Below are positions 46,421 to 60,205 of a DNA stretch of 64,000 nucleotides, in pieces. Position 1 is the stretch's first letter. Each line of letters opens with the position of its first letter. The notes under the pieces were generated by a model. The model had not been told where the DNA came from. It saw nothing but the letters and a program-made list of their open reading frames with translations, and made no database searches. The translations under genes and the position numbers were made by a program. The stretch comes from Neophaeotheca triangularis (taxonomy: Eukaryota), in NCBI GenBank assembly GCA_054600435.1, contig BAAIJX010000007.1:558001-622000 (forward strand), written 5' to 3'.

Positions 46421-47037
46421 GAGAACGCACACAATGCGGCTGCCTGACCGGCGATACGCTGGCATGGTTCGCCAAAAATTGCCACGGCTCAGCGATGGAC
46501 GTCAAAGCGTGCTGCCTCACGAGGCAATTGCAAATCATTCGGTTCTGCCTGATTGAGCGTACGATCTCCCTTGCAGCGTCCTCGCTTCACTACTCGTCAA
46601 CTCGAAGTTACATAATCCACCTCAGATGCACTCGTCTGCGCATGTCCCGCGTCCCACCGTGAAAATGGAACCTAGGCATGTACTCCTTCGGTGAAGAATT
46701 TAGCCTTGCCACATATCTTCTCTCTTTGATCGGCATCTCTCATCCTCTCGATTCTGCTCTGGGGCACGATACTGAGAGTCAAGACTTTCGCGACACCAGT
46801 GCCATGACCCTCCGCCCCACCCCCACCCCCTTTCGTGTTGTGGGGAAACAGCACCAGAGCGATCAACCGGAATCGCTGTTCAACCCGATCGATCACTGTC
46901 TGCTTGCCGCTGAGATCGATTCTCGAGTCCATGCTCTTGCACAACTTATCCACCCCCTCCTCTGCGGACGATACAACAGTCCACCTACGCCGTCTCGCAA
47001 TTCATGGATCATCTCAAAGAGCCGTCATCCCTCCTTC

Positions 47038-47470
47038 TCACATCTCCCCACCCCTCGCCCCGCCCTGTTCCTGCCCCGCACCAGTCTCCCCATTAACCGT
47101 CTCCTCGCCCAAAACCTTACTCGCAGCCATAAACCTAGACAAGACACGTGGAAATCAGCACAAAGTCCAAGCCCTCACAAGCCTTCTCTGAAAGCCAAAA
47201 CCGCAGCCCGGAGATTCAAACTTACATTCCGCCAGCATACCCGCCCAACCCCCTCATGCCCTCGGCCTGGACAGCCGTCATCCGCAGCAAGTTCTCCAAA
47301 TCGCTCATGTGAGCGGTTAGTTGTGCGAGTTGTGAGTGGAGGTGGGAGAGCTGGCGGGATTTGGAAGAAGCTGAGGCGGCGGAGGCAGAGGAGGAGGAAG
47401 CGGTTGGCAGAGTGGAGAGGCGGGTTTGGTGGGTTGTTGAGGGCGTGCGGGTCGGGTAGTTGGATGACAT
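47038..47470 (-). CDS. HSK3: DASH/Dam1 complex subunit Hsk3
   Basis: KSRQLSHLHSQLAQLTAHMSDLENLLRMTAVQAEGMRGLGGYAGGM|FMAASKVLGEE; intron 47135-47225. Confidence 0.85.
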
Positions 47471-47792
47471 TGTTTGCGGAAGCCTGGTCGGGAAGCTTGA
47501 GTTCCACTTTCTGGGTGGTATAGAACTTTGGTGCTGTCGAAGGTGCTGTAGCTACGTTGCGAGTGTATGCAATCCTTTAGTACATTGTAGTGGTAAGGTA
47601 TATCGCGACGTTCGCAGGGAAGACGCGCTGTTGCTTCACTTCGAACACGCTAGTCCGGGAACGGCAAGTTTGCCCAAGCTCGCGGCGACATGACCAGATA
47701 TCTCATAGACCTCCATACCTGGAAAGTTCTGCTCACAGAATCTCAACAAATATTCGCATCTCGGGCGTCAAGAACAAAAGGTCCCTGCAGCA

Positions 47793-48209
47793 ATGTCAAA
47801 CCCGTCCACACAAGCAATCCGGCGCTACGTAATGACGGCCTCTGTCGCCGCCATCACCGCCACAGGAGCCTGGTACGGGGCCGGGCTGAAGACGCGACAG
47901 GAATTCAAAGAGGTCAGTACGCGAAAACAAATCGAAATACACCCAACGCACATGTTCCTCCAAAATCAACGCCCCGTCAACAAATCACATTCCTTTCCTG
48001 TGCGGGAAAAGACACATCAGCTCGACGGCGCGCAATATTGACGTATACAGGAGCAAAAACTCCGCACCCAAGCCAGCCCAGTGGTGAAAATCGAGCAATT
48101 GGAACTGCGACGTGCGAAACTGCTGGAGCAGAAGATGCAATTGCAGAGGAAGATTGATGGCATTGGGAAGGAGGGGGGTGGTGGTCAGTCTAACCATCGT
48201 CTTCGGTGA
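47793..48209 (+). CDS. Small fungal membrane-anchored coiled-coil protein (possibly mitochondrial)
   Basis: MTASVAAITATGAWYGAGLKTRQE, a phase-0 GTCAGT..CAG intron, then EQKLR..IEQLELRRAKLLEQKMQLQRKID. Confidence 0.7.
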
Positions 48210-49151
48210 AACTTCAATGCCGTCGACTTTGGTAGTCGGAGAAAGCAGCACCCAGCTTCCTGGACCCGTCGAGATATTCTGCGGCCGAGTGTGTAGTGGG
48301 AGTTGGAGAAACTTCGGCATAGGCCTCTTTGTCTTAGGTCCCACTGTTTAGTTGGGTGGGATCGGAAAAGCCGCATGTGGGCATTGAGGGCTGGTTTGCG
48401 AACGACGGGGACTAGGAGGATCCATGGATGTCTCTCGCCCAGGCAACGGGTTGGGTTCATCGAGGAGTCCACGAAACTGCAGGACGACCTGCTCTGGCAC
48501 TGCTCTTCGAAAGGCGAGCTTTACCAAGTCGGGTGATAAGGGGATATGAAGGGTCGGAATTGCACAAGACATCGAGGAAGGCCGCTGGGTGTAGCAATCG
48601 ACACTGCTCCGCATTTCGGAGTGACAGTGCGAGAGAGGTACTGGTGGCCAGTAACCAGCTTTAGCGCTCCCTGTCAATTGGTCTTGGTTGCTATGCCGAC
48701 TGAGGGCTGACGCTTGCTTGCCATGAACCTGAAACGTGGCAGGTTAAGAAGACCTAGTGCCTGGTCGAGTCTCCGGATGATCTGTACGTGACAAATGGGC
48801 TGGCCAAGGTTTAATGCTCACCACATGTAACTGTACGGCCACGAGAATCCAAGGACATGGCAGTGTAGATACATTCTAATATCACATGGGATACATGAAC
48901 CATTTTTGAAAACTTGAGACTGGACGTTTCTGAAGAAGCCCCGAAGAGCTTTCAATTGCTGCCGCTAGAGGAGTATTAAACAACGTCCTGTCATGCCATC
49001 ATGCATCATGAGATATCTGCCCCTAAGGGTATCAGAACCACAGCCGTAACGCCATGATCCATAAGAGCCAGCATCCCTTTCCCACTACCGATCTTGCGAG
49101 TCGGTTATTGGTTGAAAGTTTACCAGCAAGGGTATCAGGTGGATGAGACGC

Positions 49152-49667
49152 TTATTTGGAGCCGGTGTTCTCTGTAAGAGGGATGTATATTAGTCGACTG
49201 TTTTTCGCGTAATGAAAGGATGAGAGGTGTCTACTTACGGTTCTGGCCGAGGCCGAGGGTGTCCTGGACAGATTGGGCTGCGCCGGAGAGGGTCTCGGAG
49301 GCCTGGTCGACGAAGGACTTGCCCTGGTTCTGGGCGTCATTGGCGCCGCTGCCGAGGGTGTCGCTGGCAGCCTGGGTGGTAGACTTCTGGTCGGCTGGAG
49401 AGGTGTCAGTGAAGTGATATCAGATGATATCCGTCATGGTTATAGGGAACGTACAAGGCTGGACGGAGCCGGCGACGCTGTCAGCGGCACCCTTGAGCTG
49501 CTCAGAGCCCTTCTCGGCGTAGCTCTTCTCGCTGTCGGGCTTCAGGTTGGACTTGGCCTTGTCGCCCATGGACTCGCGCCTGATATCAGGGTCAGTGGTG
49601 TGTCACTTGATCATGGGAGTAGCTCGTGGAGGAGCTTGACTTGTTGAACTCACATAGCGTCAGACAT
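49152..49667 (-). CDS. HSP12: Hsp9/Hsp12 family stress protein
   Basis: MSDAM|RESMGDKAKSNLKPDSEKSYAEK..DSVAGSVQP..KSTTQAASD; three short introns. Confidence 0.85.
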
Positions 49668-52612
49668 GATGATGGATTTGGTGGGGTGGCTGTTGTTTGG
49701 GTAGTGAGGTTGGTGGGAGAGTGAGTTGACTGGAGATGGGGTTTTGTTGTGTTGTAGAAGGGTGTAAGGTGGTAGAAGGTAGACAAGGGGAAAGCCTTCT
49801 TAAACAAAGCGAGGGGCATTAGCGGGGCAGTCCACCTGGCTGCACCTGCAGGCTGGAGCTGTAGCTCATCGACGTCACAAGCCACACCTGGGCAGGCGCG
49901 ACCAGGGCGAGTGGAGTAGCAGCACCTGCAATACCAGCCTCGAGCGAGCCCACTGCAACGCTACTATTGGCCCAGACCTGTCACGTGTCGACTCTCCCAG
50001 GCCGAATGCGGTAACGGCGACTGACTTTGCGGCCAGCTGCGTCACCAGCCATGCACCTCTCACTTCCAGACCGAGTAGACCGAGCTACCTTCTAGCACGC
50101 CATGCTTGCCTGTGCCACTGCGTGTCCTCTTCCACCACCTGCACTCCTGCACCATTCACTCGAGTCGCATCCAGCCATCGACCATGACGTCTTTCTCCCG
50201 ACGCACGTGACGCTGTGCGGAGCTACGCGCAGAGACGAGCTTCCGCAGCTTTCCGACCGTCAGGTGTGTGTGCTGCGCGCAGCGTGCATGTCACGAGATG
50301 GCCATGGCAACGGCATGGGAGGGGAGCTAGGTAGGTAGGTAGCTACCACATGGCCGTGTTTACTACTGAGACAGACAACAATATCTATACTCCGCCCACA
50401 TCGTGTGGCTCAAGACGTATCTGATGACCCTTGGATAGACGTGTCAGACACCGTCTCACCAGACCCTGCGGCTGTTCATCTTGGGCTTCAGGGTGCTCTG
50501 ATGGGGCTCTGTGGCTCGTTTAGACCATCTTTTAATGCAGGTACCCGCCTCCCTTGAGACAATCAATGGTCACACACGTGGAGTGGACGCCGTTTAGACG
50601 CCGCTGTATCTTCCTTTTAGACGTCTAACAAGACCGATAGTGGCTTCAAAGGGAGCGGCGCATCGTCCTCAGTTATTGGTGTGCCATTCGAATACAAAGA
50701 AAGGGTGCAGCCAGCTACCTACCTACCTAAACTAACCCTCGAGCCATAACGGTAAAGACATTGGGCAGATGTTCAGGTCTGCAGCGCGATTGGCACCAAG
50801 TCGTAGCATTATTGCAATTGATAAACCATTCCGAACCATCTAAAGTCGCAATGCAATCTACTTGCACAGTTCAGTAGTTATGTATTACCTCCATTAATCT
50901 AAGTCATCCGTCCTCGCTTTCAAGTGCTGAAAGGCATTTCCCGAGCCCATCACACGATGGACCGGTCGCCTCCACCACCACCACCACCACAACAAGAACA
51001 AGTCCCTCATCAACACAAATGCTCGCAAAACAATACAGTGCAGCCATAGCCTCTCGGCGCTTCCACGTGTACGATAGCCTCGCGCATCGATCTTCCCAAT
51101 GCTAAGAGTAACGACTGCCCTTCGCCGCACAATATACCGTTTGCAAGAAACCTGTCGTCGAGCCGCGTCCAATACCAAACACCCAAGAGTTGACGAAAAA
51201 ACCCATCCGAGCCGAGGCAAGCTGCCGAGAGTGTGAGCGAACGGTTCTCGGGGACCCCAACAGTCAGCCAGAGCCGCCATGCAACCAGCCTTGCTGGCGG
51301 GCTTCCTCAAACACGACTGCCAAACGTATCGATCTTGCATACTGGTCTGCTCGGAGCCGTGGTTCGCCGCCATGCCGGCGTCTCCACCAACGCGGCAAGC
51401 GAGACGCTGGAAAATTCGACCTCTCACTCTGCTGGAGAGGATTGCACACTGTTGCGCGGCGCGATCGGCTGCTCGACCCGGGTGTCGAGCCTGTCCAGGT
51501 GACGGTTGAGCGAGGAGGGGGCCAGTAGTCGCGATGGTTTCCGGAGAGCATCGATTTCGGATTGCCAGGCTCGACAGTGTCACGACTGGACAGTTGGGCG
51601 TTGGGGATTGGTGGATAGGCATGGCAATGTCGCAGGTGACGAACGTCATCCGGGCAGGCGCGATTGTACTAAATGGATAACGTCTCTTTTTTCCAAAGTG
51701 TCACTTCTCCTTCCTGGTTGGCGTTCCGTGTTGGTAACTGTGCACGGTCAAGGCGCAATTGGTCGACCCGGTAGCGCAGTCTGTCGACTTGATCACTTTG
51801 GCCGCTCCCTGAGGCGCTGTGAGCTGAAGTGCTTTGAACATCTGGCAAAAGTCTGTGAATCTGACGTCGGATCGTGTCGTCCGACGCGACCTAGAATGCG
51901 GTTGTATTCTTGATTGTGTTCTTGCTACCAATCTCTTGCATTATCCCTGGCCTTGAATCCTGCCCTAGCTTCATAAGCGTAGGTGCTCTGTATGCGGCAT
52001 GCTCTACGCTGTTACTGTTACTGTTGATTTTGCTTGTCCTGATGCTCCCACTCAATTCTGCTGATGCTGATGCTGATGCTGAAGCTCCTACTCATTTAGC
52101 CAAGCCGCGCTCAAAAACCTGACATTTTCGTCGGGGGCTCAATGAACCGTATATCCAGTCGCGTAATTCAGAAGCGGTGATGGCGCTGTCCGTTTTCCTG
52201 CCTGATGAAAGAAAGACATTCGCTTTGATCTGCCCATACACCCTTTTTGTAGTCTCAGGATCTGCTCGGCCTCTGCCTGCGCTCAGTGCGCTGCATCCCC
52301 TCGAGTTCTTGGATTATTCATGTGTTTCTAGACATTGACGCGTCGGACGCGACACGGTAGCGAGCGCGCGTCGAGTCCGATTCAGGAGCCGTCGTCGAGC
52401 ACGCGTTTTACTCGTACTTCGTGAGAGGGCGCCTTGAGGGTCCAGCTTCGCATGCGCGAAGCGCTAATTTCAACGGACGGATCGTTTCTCGCTCGAGACT
52501 CGTCCAGGTGTGCTCGTCCGCGCTCCAACTCGTCTCGATCTTGGCTCGACGAGCAGGATCCCAACTTCTCTTTCTGCTACACAAGATGAAAGAAACGGCC
52601 ATCGACCGTCGA

Positions 52613-53872
52613 TCAACCACGGCGACGCATCCTGCCCTGGGCTCGACCTCTATTTTCCAGTGCCGGATTGATCTGTTCTTGTTGCGCGTGTACAAAAGGA
52701 GAAGACTCCGCGTACCAGTTGTGGCCGTAAGCGGGATGCGCTTGCAGCGGCGCGTTGCCGACAGCTGGGCCGGAGCCCTGAGGGTAGACGAAATGCGGAT
52801 GTTGGTCGTACATGAGCTGTTGCTGCATCTGCGGTATGGAGGGTTCGGAAGCGTGTGTCGGCGGCATAGGCGATGGAACGTTTTGCGTGTCAGGGGTCGC
52901 GGTGTGATAGGCCATTGGACTTGGCTGTTGTCTCGGGTCCGGTGGGAGATCGTAGGGATGGGGGGTGTAGCTACCCGACATGCCCTCAGCGTGGCTGTAC
53001 GACATGGAGCGCATCGGTTGGTTAAGAGGCTGCTGGGCGTGCTGCCATTGCGGGTCTGGCCAGGGTTGGTATGAAGCTGTTTGTATTGTTTCGGGATTTG
53101 CCCCTACAGTGGCTTGCTGTGTGGGAAAAGGTGCAAAATCTCCGCCAGGATTATGGTCCTGGTATTGCAACGTTGGCGCCGCGCGGTGGCCCATTGTTGC
53201 ATCCATCGCGGAAGCACTCCGACCCATGTACTGATCGTTCGGAGGCCATGGATGATGTGACTCGGCTTGTGGTTGGTAAATGTATTCAGTTGGAGAAATT
53301 GTGCCTAGGCAAGAGTTAGAAGAATCAATTTGCTATTGGATCAGATTGGAAGCTACCTTGACTAGGTAGCGCGTTGCTGTTCGGTATAGGACCAGGTATC
53401 GGTTGATAAAGCGTTGGCGCGTTAGAAGGGACAGCTGGATAGCTGGCAATCTCCTGAGGAGCCTCAAAAGATCTACTCAGCCCTTCAGAAGCTGGAGGAG
53501 ATACCGCAGAGGATGGTATGGATTCGGTGTTGTTGGTGGCCGCTGAAGCCTGCGACCTGTTCTCCGCCGGAGCTTGTTGGTCGACGGGATAGAAGTAACA
53601 TTCCTTCTTCAATCGTATACAGTTTTGACAGCGATTCTGGGGATCGCCTTCAGCGACCAAACAGCGTATCTTTCTTCGTCGGCAATGGCCTGAGGAAACA
53701 GTCAGCGAAAGTTGCATCGAGGCGACGGCGTGGCGCATGTGTGCCACGGCACGGGAGAGCGCAGCTCAACACGTGCCATTAAATTTATTAGCCTCCACTT
53801 ACCACAGGCTATTGAAATGCGTTGATAGCCAAGCTTGTTCCGCTTCTTGTCGCTGTCGGAGTCGGCCATCAT
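52613..53872 (-). CDS. Zn(II)2Cys6 transcription factor
   Basis: KKRNKLGYQRISIAC|GHCRRRKIRCL..RCQNCIRLKKECYFYPVD after removing intron 53690-53802; a second intron near 53305-53357; Pro/Gln-rich C-terminus. Confidence 0.88.
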
Positions 53873-55970
53873 TGCGACGGAAACTGAGCTGGAACAGAAA
53901 GGAGAATTGGTCTCGGGTATGTTGTACTCCTTGCTGATGAGAGACTCAGATCACGGCGGGGTAAAGGGTGCGGCAGGATGCAGTTGTGTGGACCAGATAA
54001 GATGATGCGTATGTAGGGCCGGCCGGTAGCTGAGCTGTTCGAACGTTTCAGGTATTGGTTGCTGGGCGCTCAAGCCGTGCATTGAGGTCTCCAGTTGGGA
54101 CCGGGACAGGGAATGATAGTAAGGTGCACGGCAGTCCAACGATTGCACCTAGATAGATTAACTAAGGCTACAACGCGGAAGACATGTTTTTCGTGGGAGA
54201 GTGGCGAGGGGAACGTTTCGACCACCTGCAAAGGTCCCTCGCAGGGCTAGATCGTGTGCTCTTGGGAGACCGCGTGCTCGGTATATTGTAGCGTGGATCC
54301 TTACCCGGCGATGTGATGACAAACGCGTTACCATTGGGTGGGCATGTCGACGAAAGGCAATAGAGGCAATAAGATCGATTAAAGCGTGCTGTGTTCCCAG
54401 TCCTCGGGTGTTCCGCAGCGCTAGTGGTCAGGAGTCGGCGGCAGTTGTGCAGTTCGAACGGGATAGTAGTGAAGGCTTTTGGCAAGATCTACCGTCGTCT
54501 GCGCCGAGAAAAACAGCGATGTGTGTGACAGCGATATGCGAGTAAGATGGCGCGGGTGGCGAATGCGGTCACTATCAATGTGACAGATCTGGCCCGCACA
54601 GAACACAGTGAATTAACTGATGAGTCTAATGGGATAATGCGACGACAGCAAGTTTTCGACGACTAATAAGAGCTAGATGGTGACTAGACGAAGGCCATGG
54701 AGAAACGTTCCGAGTAGCTTTCCAACAATGGCGACGCGATGCTGTACTTTGGACGTTAGTAGTAGGAAGTGGCGTTGGACTTCGGTAGTGGACTTGAACG
54801 GCTGGCGGCCAGATGGAAGCTCTCACCAGCAGGGACCAACCGAAAACCTTTGCTGTATTCCTACTTAGTAGTAGTAGTAGTAAGCATGCAACAATTACAC
54901 CTGGACAGGCACGACAGGGCAGGGCACTTGGCTCCACGGTACCGGCATGCAAGCCTCTTCGCCACATCTGCATCTGCCTACTAGTACAGCGAACTTGGTG
55001 GCTTGACTATTGATTGGCCCTCAGAGGATTTGATACGAAATCGAGACCAGACGGTGTGGCACAGCCTCAACCTCTGTGGCTTCTGGCTCGTCCAAGCAAA
55101 GATCTAGGGGCGACGATCGTTTGGGCGAGAATTTGCGCCATGCCTTGTCTCTGTTCAAAGGACCCATGGGCCGCAGCAGCCTAGCGCGCCTGGCGTCTAA
55201 ACGATACGATTAATATTACTATTATTGTTATTGCTGAACGACCACCTACCGACCACCGTCACCACCGTCGAGCTTTGCAAGTCAACCTTGAGGCGTCAGC
55301 CGCGCAACATTATTGGCGTGCGTGTTGTCTGTTGGACCCCTCGTAGCTCATGGGGAGCTGCCGGAAGGATCGCCCAAGGACAAGATCTACAACGTGCAGA
55401 TGTCGTTGATGCTCTGTGGATTCCTGTGGATGATCACAGTATAGTGCAGAACAGAAACGTGGACAGCCAATTCTCTTTGCTTTTCTTACTTCTCTTGCTT
55501 CTCCTACGTGCTTTAGCGTCGCGGAAAAAGGAATTGGCGAGGCTCGAGCGAGGCCGGAAAGGGGTCCGTTGCTGCTTGGAATCGTGAACATGACGTTAAC
55601 GACGATGATGACGAGGTTGGGACAGAGTCGGCGATGCCTGAAAGTTAATTTCTTGTGGCGTTTGGAAGTTTTGTGGCGGGCGGAAAGCCGCTGCCGACGA
55701 CGCCTTGTCTGCAAGCTGTGACACCACGGCTGTCCCTCACTACAGTAGACACTACCTTACCCCTGTAGCACTGGCCTCGATAGGATAGATCCTTCATCAC
55801 ACGCGAGAACTTAGAAGAGCTCATGCTCACTCCAAGAGAACTTGCTATCGTCGTGGAGTACCTGCTTCGGAAGCTGAATCATGCCATGCAATCATCGGGC
55901 AAAGCGAGCTTAGGGCCGATATTAGGACATGTTATTGACGATTCAACGCCTACACACGCGCCTAGCCCAC

Positions 55971-56071
55971 CAAGCGGGTGAGAGAATAACGGGTACAATT
56001 CTTGGCATGTTAAGTCGAGATAGAAGGCGTGTACGGAGCCAAGCTGTCCCCGTTATTCTCTCACCCGCTTG
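55971..56071. mobile_element. 101-bp MITE-like element
   Basis: Perfect 23-bp terminal inverted repeats CAAGCGGGTGAGAGAATAACGGG (55971-55993 and 56049-56071), flanked by the direct repeat CCCAC (55966-55970 and 56072-56076). Confidence 0.75.
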
Positions 56072-58792
56072 CCCACCTTTCCAATAGGTAGATGGAGATC
56101 GACCACTGATCGACGCCGAATTCCGTGTCGTCTCTACCGGCAGTCACCAACGTTGAGTAACCCACTTCCTCCTGGATCCAAGCGGAGCGCATTCCTCTAG
56201 TAGGATCTCATGGGTCGCGTGACAATTCCACTATTCCCATGCCTGCATAGAGCTAGTATTAGTAGTAGTAGTACGCCAACCATGAGGCTCTACTCCTAAC
56301 CACATCCACAACCTAGGTTCTGAGGCTCAATCGGTATTTCCTTCCGGTCCCTTGACGTACGCCGAGGTGACGGCAGCTATGGTATATGGCTATAAGTGGT
56401 GGAAAGTTAGAAAGCCTAATAACTTAGAAGGCACACTTATGTACGCCTACCCACGTGTCTACCGTGCAAGCGGAGACCGGTCACGTTTATACCTACCTAC
56501 TCAGAACGGTGCGGTTAGACACGGACCTTGCTGAGGCCTATTTAGTACTCAGGCTATTGTTGTTGTTTCGCTCGTGGCATCTCGAGCCTTGGTTTGGCCG
56601 GGTTGGGCCGGTTGGCCCATAGACCTCCCTTGCGCACGCTCGCGGCCGCTCGGTGGCGGCTGGCCAGGGCTCAGAAGTGCAGCCGGTGGCGTCTGTAGTC
56701 TGCACAGCTTGGAAGTTGTAGTGACATTGAATGCCAAGCGCACCGAGGCCCAAATGCACTTCACGCATCACAACACCAGCATCATCCAAGACGATACGAT
56801 CGGTGATGGAAGTAGTACTCGGTCAAGTCCGTCAAAGCGTGGTGGTGTGTATTATTATACAGTTTGTGAGCAGCCTGCTCCGCAACTCCACACAGTGATG
56901 TCGTCTAACCTGAGGCGCTGGCTTCGTCCTTGTCACCTGCCTTGTCAGGAAGCATCCAGTGTCAATCACTTGCACTTCAGTCGAGCCTCAAGGGGGCCTT
57001 TCAAGCCTCAGATACGAAAATCGATCAAGTCTTCTTCTTGTTACTATTCTGCATGAACACACCTCCAACAGACCACCACTCGATGAAGTGACACAGAGCA
57101 TGTCTGTCAGCATGTGGATCAATCGACCGATTCACGGGCAAAGGTTTGACGGTCTTGGGGGGGGCGCGGGAGGGAGGCTGCCCGTCTTTGTTGCATCGCC
57201 TTTGACCAGTCGATTTTCCCAAGGGCAGAAAGCAGAACTGCTCATCGGAATTTCCCACTGTGCCAGGTTATCCCGAATCTTCACCTGCATGAGCATGAGG
57301 TAAGTTATGCTTTTTGAGCATGAGGTAGGCGGGACTGTGTGGAGCAAAGCGAGGCGCCTCCACATGGAGTTGTCGTGGGTGGTCAGAGTAGCCTCCTTCC
57401 TGCCGAGTTGCGTGGAAAAGTAAGAGTATGATTCGGGACAGGTCGGATCTACCTATGAAGCCAGGTGCTCAAGAGCAGCATGTCTTTGCCGCAATCCGAT
57501 TCTGCGACAAGCTGGGGGGAAAGTTCCCCCCAAGCTTCAACAACCTAGCAGGCTGTCAAGACCAACACGTCTTTTCCGCAGGTGAGGACCGGCCATGAGA
57601 CCAGCTGCGGAAATGTGTCCACAGAAGTGTCGGCGAGCCCTTATAGTTACTACGAAGACTCCTAGAGGCATGCTGTAGAAAATGGTTTCATCTGGAGAGC
57701 AGTAGGCTATCTACAACGGGGATTGTCTTTTGGTCGAGTTAGGCGACAATTTAGTTGTTCTGACCTGCTAGGACAGAAAGAGCTCAACACTGCGCCGCGA
57801 GCTCATTCATGATGTTGAGTGTTGCTAGTCACTGGGTCATTGTCTTGATTCGAGAATACTGGCGTGGTTTTCTTGTGCCCACGACATGACTCCAAGGTGT
57901 TCTCTAGACATGGCTTGCCGAGAACCAAACAGAGTGATAACGTGAAAGCAAGCAATGCGCCACGAACTCGACGTTGCAATCCAAGTTGGCTACTGAATGA
58001 GTCACCGTTCTGGATTGGGGAGTCCTGGCGTTCCAGGTGAGTGTCAATAGACATCATGTCGTTGACACAGCTTCACGGCATGCTCCAGATATGGCCAGCC
58101 GAAGAGGCAACCAAAGTCACCAATTGAAGATATGGCCAGCTTGTCCTGGTCGTAGAGGTCTGGGGCGACAAACGCTGTAGTGGTACTTATGCATGATACT
58201 CAAACCCTTACCCTGAAAGTCATGTTGCCTTTGGTCCCTGACGAGGCAACATCAACAAGAGTGATGGTTGACCGAGAGACTGTGTCCTGGTCACATATCA
58301 ATTGAACGAAGGCGTCCGCGAGTACCATGGCGAAACCCCAGAGAATGCTGATGCTAAATGCAGCCAAATCGATTTGATAACGATCGCTATATGCACTCTA
58401 AGGTGGTATAGCTCTTGTACGGCCCTTATGAACCCGGCGCTTTAGGTACCGAGACTGCGCTGCTTCGGCTTTGTTGCGCGAGAGGCCTTCCCGCGGTCAC
58501 TTTGTTCCCAGTTGGAGGCTACTCGCACCAGTGTCTTGGTGATATCGGCCAGGCATTCAACAGTGGCTGATAGAAAGTGCCACATGCTGCTGTCTTGACC
58601 GACCACGTCTTGCCATGGGTGGAAAGGGCTCGGATGCCGTATACTCGTGCTCGATTTTGGTGCTGCCGCTGGTATGCTGAACTCGGGCACGAGTCTGCAG
58701 CAGATCAGAAGCATTCACAGCCCCATGGCAGTCTCAAGCTGCAATTTGCCTTGGGCAGTGCCGATAGTAGTACTTCGAGCTTCGACGAAACT

Positions 58793-59797
58793 TCAGCCGG
58801 CCCTCAATGCCAGCTCCCATTCACTCCAGCGACTCTCAGCCAGCTCGACGCATCGTTTCATTATTCCTTTCCCAATTACACCTCCACCTGCCTTCTCAAT
58901 CCCCAAAACCCTACCAGGCTGACCCTTCTCCCGCGCGGGTGCGAGCACGACCGTCAAAGTCTCACGACAAACATCCTCTTCGAACCCATCCGGATCCGCA
59001 AGGAGCCAGCTCTGGGACTCTGATCGCTGTTTAAGAGGCGTAGCAGTGCTGAAGACGGCAAAAGTGCTGGCGACGGGCATGCAAGCGAGGTTCAATCGAT
59101 GCGCTTTGGAAGGCGTTGGAGAGCAGATGATGGCCTCTCTATCGGCGTCCCACCATGCCCTTGGGAGCTGGGTGTTCTGCAGCGCGGCCATGACAGCTCC
59201 CCACGCTGCGTCGAACGCATTGCCATCGAGCGACATGCACAAAATATCTAGATACAGAGTCCAATAGCCCTTGATAACAGTTTCCGGCTCCTCGTCTTGC
59301 CCGTCGTCGTCGGTGCGAGGGGCCTTGTACGAGATCTGCAAGTCTTCGATATTGACCAGTCTCGCGGTGTGAAGCAGGGAGTTTAGACGGTAGCTTAGTG
59401 CTTGCGCCAGCGTCGACGGTGGGTTGCCGGGCAAATGCGCGGGCGAGCAGCCGGTGCTGAGTTCCACGTTCGGTACCAATAGGCCCAGCTCTTCCACCAC
59501 GTTATCGTCCTCGCTCTCCTGCTTGGGAGGATTTGGCACGTCTTCGGCCAGCAGTATCTCAGCTCTGACGCCGCAGACAACTGCTGTATCCCCAACTCTC
59601 ACGACCGCGGAGCCATTGCTGTGCGTCAGAGACCCGGTGTTGACAGTCGGTTGTCTGAAGTTTTCGGAAGATCTACCGCTTGGGCGGGTGCTGGGCTGCT
59701 GTTCAAGATGCGCGCGAAGATATGGTCCAGGTGTGAGCTTGGCGAAGGTCGACGGGGGAAACGTTAAGCCTGGCATATCGTTGGTGTACGTGGGCAT
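58793..59797 (-). CDS. RRP43: Exosome complex RNase PH-like subunit Rrp43
   Basis: RPSGRS..FRQPTVNTGSLTHSNGSAVVRVGDTAVVCGV, LLVPNVELSTGCSP and WTLYLDILCMSLDGNAFDAAW. Confidence 0.85.
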   Translation of the reverse strand: MPTYTNDMPGLTFPPSTFAKLTPGPYLRAHLEQQPSTRPSGRSSENFRQPTVNTGSLTHSNGSAVVRVGDTAVVCGVRAEILLAEDVPNPPKQESEDDNVVEELGLLVPNVELSTGCSPAHLPGNPPSTLAQALSYRLNSLLHTARLVNIEDLQISYKAPRTDDDGQDEEPETVIKGYWTLYLDILCMSLDGNAFDAAWGAVMAALQNTQLPRAWWDADREAIICSPTPSKAHRLNLACMPVASTFAVFSTATPLKQRSESQSWLLADPDGFEEDVCRETLTVVLAPAREKGQPGRVLGIEKAGGGVIGKGIMKRCVELAESRWSEWELALRAG

Positions 59798-60205
59798 TGA
59801 CGGTGCAAAGGTAAGTGGTGGTGGGAAGATTTTGGCGGGCTTGCATGAAACGCGATAACGCGAGCTCACGTGATGTCGCTGGAATTCTACCTGTCTGGAA
59901 GACCGGATGTGAAAGCACTTTCATCACCGTGACATCTTGCCCAGTTGATACAATTTGACGAGGGAAAGACTCTTGCCATGATGCTTTTTGAAATGTACGC
60001 CGCATTCGACATTGTGAGTACGCGGTAAGTGACGTACGTATGAGTGTATACATTTAGCTGCCCAATGGCCCCGCCTGGTTCAACATCCCCAGGCTCTCCG
60101 TGAACTCTCCCTAACCCTCTCCAATCTCCGCCTCTCCCCAATCCCCCAACCCTCTCGCTTGTTCCCCTCAAGCCTACGAGAACGTCTCCCAAGCCTCGAA
60201 AAACA

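Noticed and set aside
57509..58140. Small G/C palindrome at 57509-57537 and a 13-bp direct repeat at 58087 and 58128
   Set aside because: Too short and isolated to support an element.
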